From a bacterium (GTDB lineage Bacteria; Patescibacteriota; Gracilibacteria; Peribacterales; Peribacteraceae): a stretch of 64,000 bases of DNA. Positions 9,918 through 18,757 of the stretch are shown piece after piece; position 1 is the stretch's first letter; each line of letters opens with the position of its first letter. The notes beneath the pieces are model-generated. The model made no database searches. It was given only the letters and a program-made list of their open reading frames with translations, and was not told the DNA's origin. The position numbers and the translations under genes are program-made. Location of the stretch: contig JAQBVR010000002.1 of the NCBI GenBank assembly GCA_027623015.1, positions 6,258 through 70,257 on the forward strand, read 5' to 3'.

Positions 9918-11078
9918 CTATGCCCTCTTTCGGATAGTTATACGCAGGAACTTACGCTTTCCTACGCGAACTACACCTTCTTGTACTACCGAGTCTGTTG
10001 ACGTTATTGCTTTGTCGTTTAACTTGATCCCCCCTTGCTCTACCAAGCGCCTAGCTTCAGAAGTCGATAGAACTGTCTTTGTTTTGACAAGGAACTTGAT
10101 GAGGTCATCACCTTTAGCGGCCTCTGCCTCTGGCATGTCATCAGGAGTCCCCTTCTCTGTGAAGACTTTTGTAAATTCTTCTTCTGCTTTATCAGCTTCT
10201 TTTGTTGAGTGGTACATTGTCACGATCTCTTTTGCGAGTCGGACTTTGGCATCTCTTGGGGCTCCTTTGAGGATGGACTTGATCTCACTTTCCTCTATGT
10301 CTGTACAACATTCGAAGTATACAGGCATGAGATCATCGTTTATCGACATAAGTGCTCCAAACATATCGTTTGGTTTGTCGTCGAGATACACACAGTTCTC
10401 GTAGGATTTACTCATTTTACGCCCGTCGGTTCCCTCTATGAGTGGTGTTGTTAGGACGAACTTCTCACGCTTGCCCATATTCTTCTGCAGAGTTCTTCCA
10501 ACTAACATATTAAATTCTTGGTCTGTCCCACCAATTTCACAGTCAACATCTAAGTGCAGTGAATCGTACCCAACAAGTAATGGATACATAAACTCATGCA
10601 TAGCGATTGGTTGATCATTTGCAATGCGTTCTTTAAACATCGCTCTTTGAGACATTTGTTGGTATGTGAAATTTGAGCTTATCTTTGCAAGATCTTCAAA
10701 TCCTAATTTTTCAAGCCATTCGTGGTTATAGCATACTTCGACTTTTGAAAAGTCTATCACTTTCTCAGCTTGCTTCTTGTACGTCTTAAAATTTTCTTCA
10801 ACTCCCTTTCGTGTTAGAGGCTGGCGCATGGATTCCTTACCTGTAGGATCTCCTATCATTGCTGTGAAACTTCCAATAAGTAATATGGCTTTATGCCCTG
10901 CATCTGCGAAAGCTTGTAATTTTCTCATTGAAATAGAGTGTCCTAGGTGAATGCGTGAACCTGTTGGGTCTATTCCCCAGTAGACTCTTAGCTTCTTTCC
11001 ACCAGAAAGTTTCTTCTCTGCTAGATCTGCAGGGATCACTTTTGCGACGCCACGTGTGAGGAGGTCCTTATTATCCAT
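9918..11078 (-). CDS. tyrS: Tyrosine--tRNA ligase
   Basis: GIDPTG..IHLGH (HIGH), GGTDQEFN, KMSKS, and a C-terminal S4 domain (SEARRLVEQGGIK, VGKRKF). Confidence 0.97.
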   Translation of the reverse strand: MDNKDLLTRGVAKVIPADLAEKKLSGGKKLRVYWGIDPTGSRIHLGHSISMRKLQAFADAGHKAILLIGSFTAMIGDPTGKESMRQPLTRKGVEENFKTYKKQAEKVIDFSKVEVCYNHEWLEKLGFEDLAKISSNFTYQQMSQRAMFKERIANDQPIAMHEFMYPLLVGYDSLHLDVDCEIGGTDQEFNMLVGRTLQKNMGKREKFVLTTPLIEGTDGRKMSKSYENCVYLDDKPNDMFGALMSINDDLMPVYFECCTDIEESEIKSILKGAPRDAKVRLAKEIVTMYHSTKEADKAEEEFTKVFTEKGTPDDMPEAEAAKGDDLIKFLVKTKTVLSTSEARRLVEQGGIKLNDKAITSTDSVVQEGVVRVGKRKFLRITIRKRA

Positions 11079-11132
11079 ATATTTAGTCTACAGGTATTCG
11101 TTATCCCTGAGAATATAATCTATAGTTACTCC

Positions 11133-12077
11133 ATGATCTCCAAATGGACTACAACAGAGCTACAAAGACTCGATGCTTTTATTGCTCAGAATTCTCCTGA
11201 CCTGAGCAGAAGTCGCATCCAAAAGCTTATCGCACTTGGTGGTGTAGAGGTAAACGGAGAAGAGGTTGTGAAGTCATCCCACAAACTTCATGTTGGCGAT
11301 AGTGTTTCTCTCGATCTCGATGTGCAGTCCGTCGTCGATGTCAGTATCACTCCTGTGGATATTCAATTAGAGATTTTGTATGAAGATCGTGATTGTATGG
11401 TCATCAATAAGCCTGCTGGGTATGCGGTTCATCCAGGTTCTGGTATGGCTGCTGACGAGACCACTATTTTGCATGGCGTTTCATTTCTCTTCGCTGCACA
11501 TTCTATTCCATTTAACGAAAGTTCTATACTCGTCCACCGACTCGATAAAGACACGACAGGATGTTTGCTGATTGCCAAATCTGAGAAAGCACACACAGAT
11601 CTACAGAAACAATTTGCGCAGCGTGATGTGTCGAAGAAGTACCTTGCTATAGTTGCTGGGACTCCAGACCCTGCTACAGCTATTATAGATGCTCCCATAG
11701 GACGAAATCTTACAGACAGGACAAAGATGTCTGTCATGCGTACAAGCATCAGTCGTGAAGCTAAGACTTCGTATGAGACTATCGATAGTTGTGGTAAATG
11801 CTCTCTTCTCTGCTGTGACCTCTACACAGGTAGAACGCACCAGGTGCGTGTGCATCTTTCTTCCATTGGGTATCCTATCTTAGGTGATACTACATATGCT
11901 TCTCCTTCTAGCGGTGAATTGTCTAAAAAATTAGACATTTCATCTTTGTGTCTCCATGCATGGAAACTTACTTTCGTTTCCTTGAAGGAGATGAAGGACA
12001 TCGTTGTGGAGTGTGAGCCACCTGAAGCATTTACTGCAGCGTTGACAGCTGCAGCATTGGAAATGAGTACTACATAG
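11133..12077 (+). CDS. rluD: RluA/RluD-family pseudouridine synthase
   Basis: S4 domain, INKPAG, VHRLDKDTTG, TGRTHQVRVHL, ILGD..Y, LHAW.L. Confidence 0.93.
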   Translation: MISKWTTTELQRLDAFIAQNSPDLSRSRIQKLIALGGVEVNGEEVVKSSHKLHVGDSVSLDLDVQSVVDVSITPVDIQLEILYEDRDCMVINKPAGYAVHPGSGMAADETTILHGVSFLFAAHSIPFNESSILVHRLDKDTTGCLLIAKSEKAHTDLQKQFAQRDVSKKYLAIVAGTPDPATAIIDAPIGRNLTDRTKMSVMRTSISREAKTSYETIDSCGKCSLLCCDLYTGRTHQVRVHLSSIGYPILGDTTYASPSSGELSKKLDISSLCLHAWKLTFVSLKEMKDIVVECEPPEAFTAALTAAALEMSTT

Positions 12078-12113
12078 TACAAATGTCACTCTTAGCCTAG
12101 CACCTTACTCTCT

Positions 12114-12262
12114 TGCCAGCCGCCTTGTTTGAAAGAGGGCATGAGATAGTTGGCTCATCCAGTCCATGAGTGCCAAGTGACCCGCTGGTCAGCTTGGTCG
12201 AAGTGTGAACAGTAATGAAAAGCAAGAATGTCCCGAGTGAGGCTCGGCTGGCAGCGTTTTTT
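12114..12262 (+). ncRNA. Candidate structured ncRNA (possibly 6S-like)
   Basis: The ends pair (TGCCAGCCG 12114-22 / CGGCTGGCA 12245-53). Further pairings are GCCTTGTTTG/CGAGTGAGGC (G-U rich) and GGGCAT/ATGTCC, plus an internal hairpin CCAAGTGACC-CGCT-GGTCAGCTTGG. A T-run follows and there is no credible ORF. Confidence 0.5.
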
Positions 12263-12363
12263 GGTCCACTTTTTCGCGTAAAAAAGATGGAATGTAGTTT
12301 GGGATAAAAGACAGAAATGGCACATCTGCTATCTTCATCAAAACATTTGGAATTCTCCTCGAA

Positions 12364-12394
12364 CCCTCCCCTAGTCCCCTCCCTAAAGGGAGGG
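12364..12394. repeat. REP-like CCCTCCCCTAGTCCCCTCCCTAAAGGGAGGG hairpin
   Basis: CCCTCCC-TAAA-GGGAGGG palindrome preceded by a direct CCCTCCC copy. Confidence 0.45.
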
Positions 12395-12465
12395 TGCCCT
12401 GCATAGGAGTACGAGAAAGCAAGGGGAATACATTTAACTATACATTGCTAGGTTACGCTTATTCC

Positions 12466-14199
12466 CTAACTTCTCCCTGCTCTGTAGATCACTGTGTATC
12501 TTGTTTTGTCTAATACTCTTCCATCTCCATCTCTAGCGATAATCTCATAGAGGTTCTGCCCTCGACTCAGCGTTCCAAGTTGGCTATCTGCGATATAGTT
12601 CCAGAAGTCTTTTCCAGACTCGTAGAGTCGTAGTCTGTAGCCATTTACCCAGACGCTCTCTGTAGCAGTACTTGTATGACCTTCTATTAACAACGAAGAC
12701 CCTGTAGCGGTGTGCTTACTTCCAGCCGTCGGAGCGAATATACTAAGGGATCCGGGTTGAATGGGGTCATTGTTGAGTATGATCATCTCTGATGACGAAG
12801 TTGATAGTGTTGTAATCTCAACTGAACTATTACTTTTTCCATCTGTTGTTTCTACAAGTCCTTCTGTGCCTTCTTCGATGAGTATTGTGATACTGGCAAC
12901 ATCACTCTTGTAACCCCCCTCGTTGAATGCATAGACGTTGTAGGTATTTCTTCCTGGGTTTAGATTATCGATATTGGTACTAGCGAGATAAGACCACGTT
13001 TCATCACCAGGTGAGAATAGTTGTAACCTGTAGTCATTGACCATTACGCTTGTTGTACCTTCTGCTACCGTACCTTCTATGGTAAATCTACTTCGGAGTG
13101 TTCTGTATGTATCACCATTTTTTGCAGGACTTAAGATAGTAGGTGCTTCTGGTGGCTCTCTATCGCGTTTGATTTGACGACGTACTTCAGACAGTAGGTC
13201 TCCTCCTTCATCTAGAGCTGCAATGATGATTTCCACTTCATCTTGTTCTGGTAATGCAAGTTCTAGGCTAAATGTTCCTTTCTCTTCATTCTTCTCTGCT
13301 GTGTATCCATTTATGCGAACTCTATTGACTGCCTTGGAAATGCTACCTTCTACGACTATCACACTTTTTTGCACAGTGATGTCATTGTCTGGACTTGAAA
13401 CGATAAGTGCTTCATTTCCTGTGTTTTCTGCAACTGTTGATTCTGATCCTTCTTTTATGTTTGTAACTCTTCGGACCTTTCTGCTGGTTGCAACAAAGTC
13501 AGACTTAAGTGCGAGTGGGTCTAGGGGGGAGCGATACTTGTACAAGTCTTCACCATTTTGTATTTCATTTGGCATCGTAAATTGTTGCCCCTCACCGACG
13601 ATGATGGGTATAACGCCATCTTTGTGGTTGACTGTTACGCCTATGCCATCTGCTGCAAAGACAATGAGAGATCGTGATCGAACAATGCCTTCACTGCGGG
13701 ATGGTACTGTCGCTTTCAAGACAGGAGTTTCTATAGATCGAATAATCGATCCACTATATGACTGTGCTGTCGGAGTTGAAAACCAAAGCGCCCCCTGAGT
13801 AACACGTATGCTGATTTGTGATTGTGTCTGGCCAATGAAACTTTCTTCAATAGTAATTTCAGATAACTCGTCTAGTCTACCAAACGATCCATCGAAGAAT
13901 TGCATTTGTGCATTTCCTCCAGCTCCAGTAGTAACAGTATCTCCGGGAAATAACTTCTGGTCATCTTCTGCTTTCTTGAATTCACTTCCTTCTATACTTA
14001 CTTGCACAGATCCCCCACCTTCTACTATTAATGTTACAGCACTTCTTGCTATAGCATTGCCTACGCCGAAGAGTTTCAAAACCCAGCTACCAAGAAAGAA
14101 AAGTATGGCGATGATGATGACTATCCCTATGATGGGTTGCAACACATTTGGTTGTCTTTCATATCTATGCCCATGGCGTCTTGGGATTCGCTTTCGCAT
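12466..14199 (-). CDS. Membrane-anchored FecR-domain protein with Ig-like repeats
   Basis: TM helix, then FecR-like LFPGDTVTTG...FFDGS..RLDELS, then three repeats of the I..P...IEG....V.VNGY.L type. Confidence 0.75.
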   Translation of the reverse strand: MRKRIPRRHGHRYERQPNVLQPIIGIVIIIAILFFLGSWVLKLFGVGNAIARSAVTLIVEGGGSVQVSIEGSEFKKAEDDQKLFPGDTVTTGAGGNAQMQFFDGSFGRLDELSEITIEESFIGQTQSQISIRVTQGALWFSTPTAQSYSGSIIRSIETPVLKATVPSRSEGIVRSRSLIVFAADGIGVTVNHKDGVIPIIVGEGQQFTMPNEIQNGEDLYKYRSPLDPLALKSDFVATSRKVRRVTNIKEGSESTVAENTGNEALIVSSPDNDITVQKSVIVVEGSISKAVNRVRINGYTAEKNEEKGTFSLELALPEQDEVEIIIAALDEGGDLLSEVRRQIKRDREPPEAPTILSPAKNGDTYRTLRSRFTIEGTVAEGTTSVMVNDYRLQLFSPGDETWSYLASTNIDNLNPGRNTYNVYAFNEGGYKSDVASITILIEEGTEGLVETTDGKSNSSVEITTLSTSSSEMIILNNDPIQPGSLSIFAPTAGSKHTATGSSLLIEGHTSTATESVWVNGYRLRLYESGKDFWNYIADSQLGTLSRGQNLYEIIARDGDGRVLDKTRYTVIYRAGRS

Positions 14200-14325
14200 G
14201 AAACGAAGGAAGGTCTACCATCATAGGAAATACTCTTCCTATAACGCAAGGGTTATGGACCATTTTGGTACTCAGCTTACTCTGCATTCCTATCCATTAT
14301 TTTCTCGGGTTCGTATTTATTCAAA

Positions 14326-14424
14326 AGGATTGTTGGACTATTGGAATACTGGAATATTAGGAATTGAACAATATTATCATAGTCTATTATCCTATTTTCT
14401 GTATTTCATTACAGCAATATTCTG
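14326..14424. repeat. Degenerate 8-nt-period tandem repeats in inverted arrangement
   Basis: GGATTGTT GGACTATT GGAATACT GGAATATT ... CTATTATC CTATTTTC TGTATTTC, intergenic. Confidence 0.45.
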
Positions 14425-14425
14425 A

Positions 14426-15553
14426 TTAGGTCGTCACTCTCTTTACTTCAGACTGTGTTGTAATCTTCTTTTCTACAAACTTCGCACCCCAGTCTGCCAT
14501 GGTCATGTACCCAAGCTCTTTAGCCTGCTTCTCTATAGTTGAAGCAGTTTCATTCAGTAGTATTAATTCTCGAATTTCAGGAGTTATTACAAGGAGCTCA
14601 GGAACTGCCTTCACACCGTTGTATGTATTGTGGTCCGCAGGATCACAGTTTGCGCCATCAACTTTGCATTCATCTGTAATTGTTCGCACGAGTCTCTGTG
14701 CTAGTATTGCTCTTATCGAAGGTGCAAATGTATAGGGACTTACTCCCATAGAGAGAAATCGTGGGATGGCTTCTATAGCGGAGTTTGTGTGTAGTGTACT
14801 TAACACAAGGTGGCCAGTGAGCGCTGCATCGATAGCAGTCTGAGCTGTTTCCATGTCTCGGATCTCACCAACGAGGATGATGTCTGGGTCATGACGTAGT
14901 ATAGAACGTAGTCCACTAGAGAAGTCGTAGTCGTGGTCGTGGTCTATCTGGCTTTGAACGATACCTGCAAGCTCGTATTCAATTGGGTTTTCCAATGTGA
15001 TGATGTTGCGCTCTTTTCCTACCATCGTATTTAGTAAAGAGTACAGCGTTGTTGTCTTACCAGATCCTGTAGGACCTGTAACGAGAATCAATCCATTTGG
15101 CAGCTTCATCAACTCTGAAAGTGATTCGTGAATCATGCTTGGAAATCCGAGTTCTTCCAGAGGGACGATACCCTTATTTGGATCGAGCAATCGGAGTGTA
15201 TATGTCTCTCCAAATCGTGATGGAATGCTCGCCACACGAACGTTGACTGTTCGCCCTGGAGCTTCAAACGTATATTGACCGTCTTGTGGGATGTTTGTAA
15301 CGTTTAGTTTGAGTTTAGATTTGAATTTTACACGACGTATTAAGTCTATGTACGCTTCTGTTCCTAGTTTTGAAAGCAGCATAAGAACACCATGTAAACG
15401 TATCTCTAGTCTAACAAAGTCCTTCTCTGGTGAGGTGTGAATATCGGACACTCCTTTCTCTACACTATATTGTTCCAGCGCATCAAGTAGATGAGTACCG
15501 TCTAGTGTATCCCATTGTAGGGTGTCCCAATCTCTGGCAGGAGTCTCGTTCAT
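14426..15553 (-). CDS. GspE/PulE/PilB-type pilus assembly ATPase
   Basis: SDIH, PQDG, Walker A GPTGSGKTTT, ENPIEY, LRHDPDIILVGEIRD, ALTGHLVLSTLH. Confidence 0.93.
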   Translation of the reverse strand: MNETPARDWDTLQWDTLDGTHLLDALEQYSVEKGVSDIHTSPEKDFVRLEIRLHGVLMLLSKLGTEAYIDLIRRVKFKSKLKLNVTNIPQDGQYTFEAPGRTVNVRVASIPSRFGETYTLRLLDPNKGIVPLEELGFPSMIHESLSELMKLPNGLILVTGPTGSGKTTTLYSLLNTMVGKERNIITLENPIEYELAGIVQSQIDHDHDYDFSSGLRSILRHDPDIILVGEIRDMETAQTAIDAALTGHLVLSTLHTNSAIEAIPRFLSMGVSPYTFAPSIRAILAQRLVRTITDECKVDGANCDPADHNTYNGVKAVPELLVITPEIRELILLNETASTIEKQAKELGYMTMADWGAKFVEKKITTQSEVKRVTT

Positions 15554-15648
15554 TCATCTTATTTTACCACAAATCGACCCCTTTGTTAATGGCTTTGCTG
15601 CACTCTATCACACGCTCACCTGACGATTGGTCTACAATCTCATCCTCT

Positions 15649-18183
15649 ATGCTTGCACAATATTCTCAGATATCGGAAACACAGCGCAAGCGTTCTATTG
15701 CTCAACGGCTATGGATAGTCCATGGAGCCTTACTCTTTTGTGCTTTGATCATTGTTGCACGCCTTCTTGAGTTGCAAGTTATTAAAGGAGAGGAGTATCA
15801 CGCTCAGGCACAAGCTCAGCATTTTGGGGGGGTAGTGCTTCCTGCGAAACGCGGAGAGATATTGAGCCGAAACAGTAAAACATTTGAAACAAGCATCTTA
15901 GCGACGAACACCACACTGGATATGGTATATGTAGATCCTCTAATAACAGAGTCTCCATCTATTATTGCTCAGGAGTTATCGGAAATATTGCTAACGAAAG
16001 AATTCCATGAATTTTGTGCTAGTGGTCATTCAGATTGCCCGCGTGAATTTGTAGAATTTTACTCAGGTGCATTTGACCCTATTCAAAGACTTAATGCTCT
16101 TTATACAGGTGCTCTACTAGAGCCTATCCCAGAAAATTTGCCAGCTATCTCTGCTAGTGAGATCCCAGACCTTGAAAGTGTGCGTCGGTCTTTTGCTCGC
16201 AATATTGAGGATCGCATTTCCGAAAAACGCGTGACATTTGTTCCCTTAAGCTATGGTGCGACTAAAGCACAGATGACTGAGGTTGCTGATCTTTCTATTC
16301 CTGGAGTGACTGTTGCTTTTAGCACACAGCTCATTTACGCAAATCCTGAACAGATTGACCAGTCTCACATCGCAACTATTTCTCGTCGCTTGAGTGTTCC
16401 ACTTGAAGCAGATGCAGATGTTATTCGTCGATTACTGCGCACTCGTTCATTGCGTTATGTTCCTATCATGCGACAGCTTCCCCCTCTACTATCTTCTCGT
16501 CTCCGTGAACGTAAAAGTGAATCAGCTGCATCCACAGCAGACCGTCGTAAACGATCTGCAACGTCTGAAGAGGCTCAGGCAATCATCGATCCACTCTGGA
16601 GTATCGCTCTCATACCAGAGCATTGGCGTTTTTACCCCGATGAAACTGTTGCCTCTCATGTCATAGGATTCCTGAATACAACACAGGAAGCACAGTATGG
16701 TATTGAGCGTACGTTTGACCCTCAGCTTCGTGGCCAAGAAGGTCTCATCCGAACTCTTAGTGACCCATCTGGTGGTCAGATCCTTACCGCTGAGCAAAGA
16801 GTGATAGACCCACGAGATGGCGATAGCGTCATCTTGACTATCGATCGTTACATCCAGCGAGAGGTAGAACGTCTCATGCAAGATGCTGTAGAGCGATTTA
16901 ACGCAGACAGTGGTCAGGCTATTGTCATGGAGCCTGATACTGGACGTATTCTTGCGATGGTCAACGCGCCTCTGTTTAATAGTAATAACTATGGTACTGT
17001 GTATGAGTATGCTCCTGTCTATCTAGACTCTCCGAGCCAAAAGGAGATCGTTGTTGAGCTCTACCATCCTAAGACTCGAGAATTTATCTTACGTGCGTAT
17101 TGGGGTGACCTCTTCACAGAGGCTGGCCGTAAAATCATCAGTGTGGAGAAGCAACAGAAAATTACTGCAGTTGAAATACTGTATAACCTTAAAGATGTCG
17201 TTCGGTACTATATGTATATAGGAGAAAATAGCCGACGGGAGATTTTCCCTACAAACCGTGCAGACATCTGGCTGAAGTATAAAAACAACATCGGTGTCGG
17301 TGCGTACTTGAACAGAACTATTCAAGAGATCTATGAACCAGGGTCTGTAATGAAACCCATCACTATGGCTATCGCTCTTGACCAAGGAGAAGTCACCCCA
17401 ACAGACACGTATCTTGACGAAGAACCAGTAGAGGTAGATGAATTCACTATTCGTAATGTGTTAAACAGGTACTTCGGCTTAGTCACGATGACGAACTGCC
17501 TTGAGCAGTCCATCAATACGTGTATGACGACAGTCTCTGGAAAACTTGGACGGAAACTCTTTCACCGTATGCTAGAGAGATTTGGCTTTAGCAACATCAC
17601 CGGTATTGAGTTAGAGGATGAGCTCCCTGGTGAGATGCTCCCGTGGAGAAATTGGAGTAATGCTCTTCTTGCAACGTCTGCGTATGGCCAAGGAATATCT
17701 GCGACTCCCCTTCAGGTGATTACAGCGTTTTCTGCACTTGCAAATGGTGGACGTCTTATGCGTCCGATGATTATCGATAGTATTCTCAAGGGGGATGGAA
17801 CAGTAGAACGTTCGAAGCCACACATTGTCGATCAAGTCATCACAACAGAAACGTCGGAAACTATCTCTGCTATGCTTGTGAGTTCAGTCGACAATGGTGT
17901 AGCGCGACCTGCTAAGGTACAAGGGTATAAGATTGCTGGTAAGACAGGAACAAGTCAGATCGCAGGACCAGGGGGGCAGTATGAGTATGGTACAGGAGCA
18001 AACATCACCTCGTTTGTGGGCTATGCTCCCATTCATAACCCTGAGTTCATCATTCTTGTAAAGTTCGATAGGCCTCGTGGCGATAGGTATGAGTATGGAT
18101 CTCAAACTGCGGCTCCTATCTTTAAAGAGATCGCAGCGTTCTTGTTTAAGTATTATGGAATACCGCCTGATGACAACGGCTAA
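15649..18183 (+). CDS. ftsI: Class B penicillin-binding protein (FtsI/PBP2-like) with insertions
   Basis: RGEI, R.YP, GIERTFD, LTID, EPGSVMK (SxxK), SIN (SxN), KTGT. Start revised from 15430 to avoid overlap with pilB. Confidence 0.9.
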   Translation: MLAQYSQISETQRKRSIAQRLWIVHGALLFCALIIVARLLELQVIKGEEYHAQAQAQHFGGVVLPAKRGEILSRNSKTFETSILATNTTLDMVYVDPLITESPSIIAQELSEILLTKEFHEFCASGHSDCPREFVEFYSGAFDPIQRLNALYTGALLEPIPENLPAISASEIPDLESVRRSFARNIEDRISEKRVTFVPLSYGATKAQMTEVADLSIPGVTVAFSTQLIYANPEQIDQSHIATISRRLSVPLEADADVIRRLLRTRSLRYVPIMRQLPPLLSSRLRERKSESAASTADRRKRSATSEEAQAIIDPLWSIALIPEHWRFYPDETVASHVIGFLNTTQEAQYGIERTFDPQLRGQEGLIRTLSDPSGGQILTAEQRVIDPRDGDSVILTIDRYIQREVERLMQDAVERFNADSGQAIVMEPDTGRILAMVNAPLFNSNNYGTVYEYAPVYLDSPSQKEIVVELYHPKTREFILRAYWGDLFTEAGRKIISVEKQQKITAVEILYNLKDVVRYYMYIGENSRREIFPTNRADIWLKYKNNIGVGAYLNRTIQEIYEPGSVMKPITMAIALDQGEVTPTDTYLDEEPVEVDEFTIRNVLNRYFGLVTMTNCLEQSINTCMTTVSGKLGRKLFHRMLERFGFSNITGIELEDELPGEMLPWRNWSNALLATSAYGQGISATPLQVITAFSALANGGRLMRPMIIDSILKGDGTVERSKPHIVDQVITTETSETISAMLVSSVDNGVARPAKVQGYKIAGKTGTSQIAGPGGQYEYGTGANITSFVGYAPIHNPEFIILVKFDRPRGDRYEYGSQTAAPIFKEIAAFLFKYYGIPPDDNG

Positions 18184-18255
18184 ATCCCAAATTACAAGCA
18201 CCAAATCCCAATACTTGTGTTAGTTTGGGATTTGGGATTTGGTTTTTTGGGATTT
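18182..18255. repeat. Heptamer tandem repeats (AAATCCC-type) forming an inverted pair
   Basis: AAATCCC AAATTAC AAGCACC AAATCCC ... TTTGGGA TTTGGGA TTTGGTT TTTTGGGATTT. Confidence 0.7.
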
Positions 18256-18270
18256 CATAGGTTGTAGTAT

Positions 18271-18299
18271 TTGACTACTACGTAAATGAATCATATCAT
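18271..18299 (+). promoter_or_regulatory. Sigma70 promoter
   Basis: TTGACT-N17-TATCAT. Confidence 0.65.
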
Positions 18300-18304
18300 C
18301 ACAC

Positions 18305-18725
18305 GTAGTTTTGGATCATTCACAGCAGCGGAATATGTATATGTATACCTACAATTCATTGTAGGCCTAACTTTTTAGGAGATTCTGTCTCTTATGAGGT
18401 TGGGCTTATAATGTGCCCTATGTAAAACCATCAACCGCCCGGTTGACTTCTTTGAAAATAGGTATTCATAAATTGGCCAAGATTACGTCGGCCTAACACA
18501 TTCCACACTGCAATGTGAAAATACCGGGACTCAAGAAGAGCTGAACATGTGCGCCGCACATGACTCAGCTCTTCATCCTATCTGAAATAGTCCATTGTCT
18601 GAACCAAGATTTTCTTGATTTGAAAGATTAACGTGATTATGTATTTTGCCTCCTGCCTATCCATTAAATCCTTTAATTAAGGTTCAGATAATTGGTGATG
18701 CTTTATCTATGTTTCTTTCACCCAA
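18305..18725 (+). ncRNA. Candidate large structured ncRNA of unknown family
   Basis: No ORF of 60 aa or more on either strand. There are at least 7 hairpins or junctions whose G-U pairs favour the + strand, and a promoter lies directly upstream. Confidence 0.55.
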
Positions 18726-18757
18726 AATACACAAATTACCCTTCTTACCCAAGATAC

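Noticed and set aside
9630-10001. 123-aa + strand ORF spanning the gap before tyrS
   Set aside because: It has a TTG start, overlaps both neighbours on the opposite strand and has no motif; likely spurious.
12114-12253. RNase P RNA or SAM-I riboswitch (partial look-alikes GTGCCAAGTGAC, CTCATCCAG)
   Set aside because: It lacks the GAGGAAAGUCC/P4 core and the remaining SAM-I motifs, and is too short for RNase P.
15430-15648. Extended N-termini in the ORF track (ftsI, rpsT, fbp, prmC, rpsP, proC, proA, dnaK)
   Set aside because: They overlap neighbouring genes or promoters, and homology begins at downstream starts.
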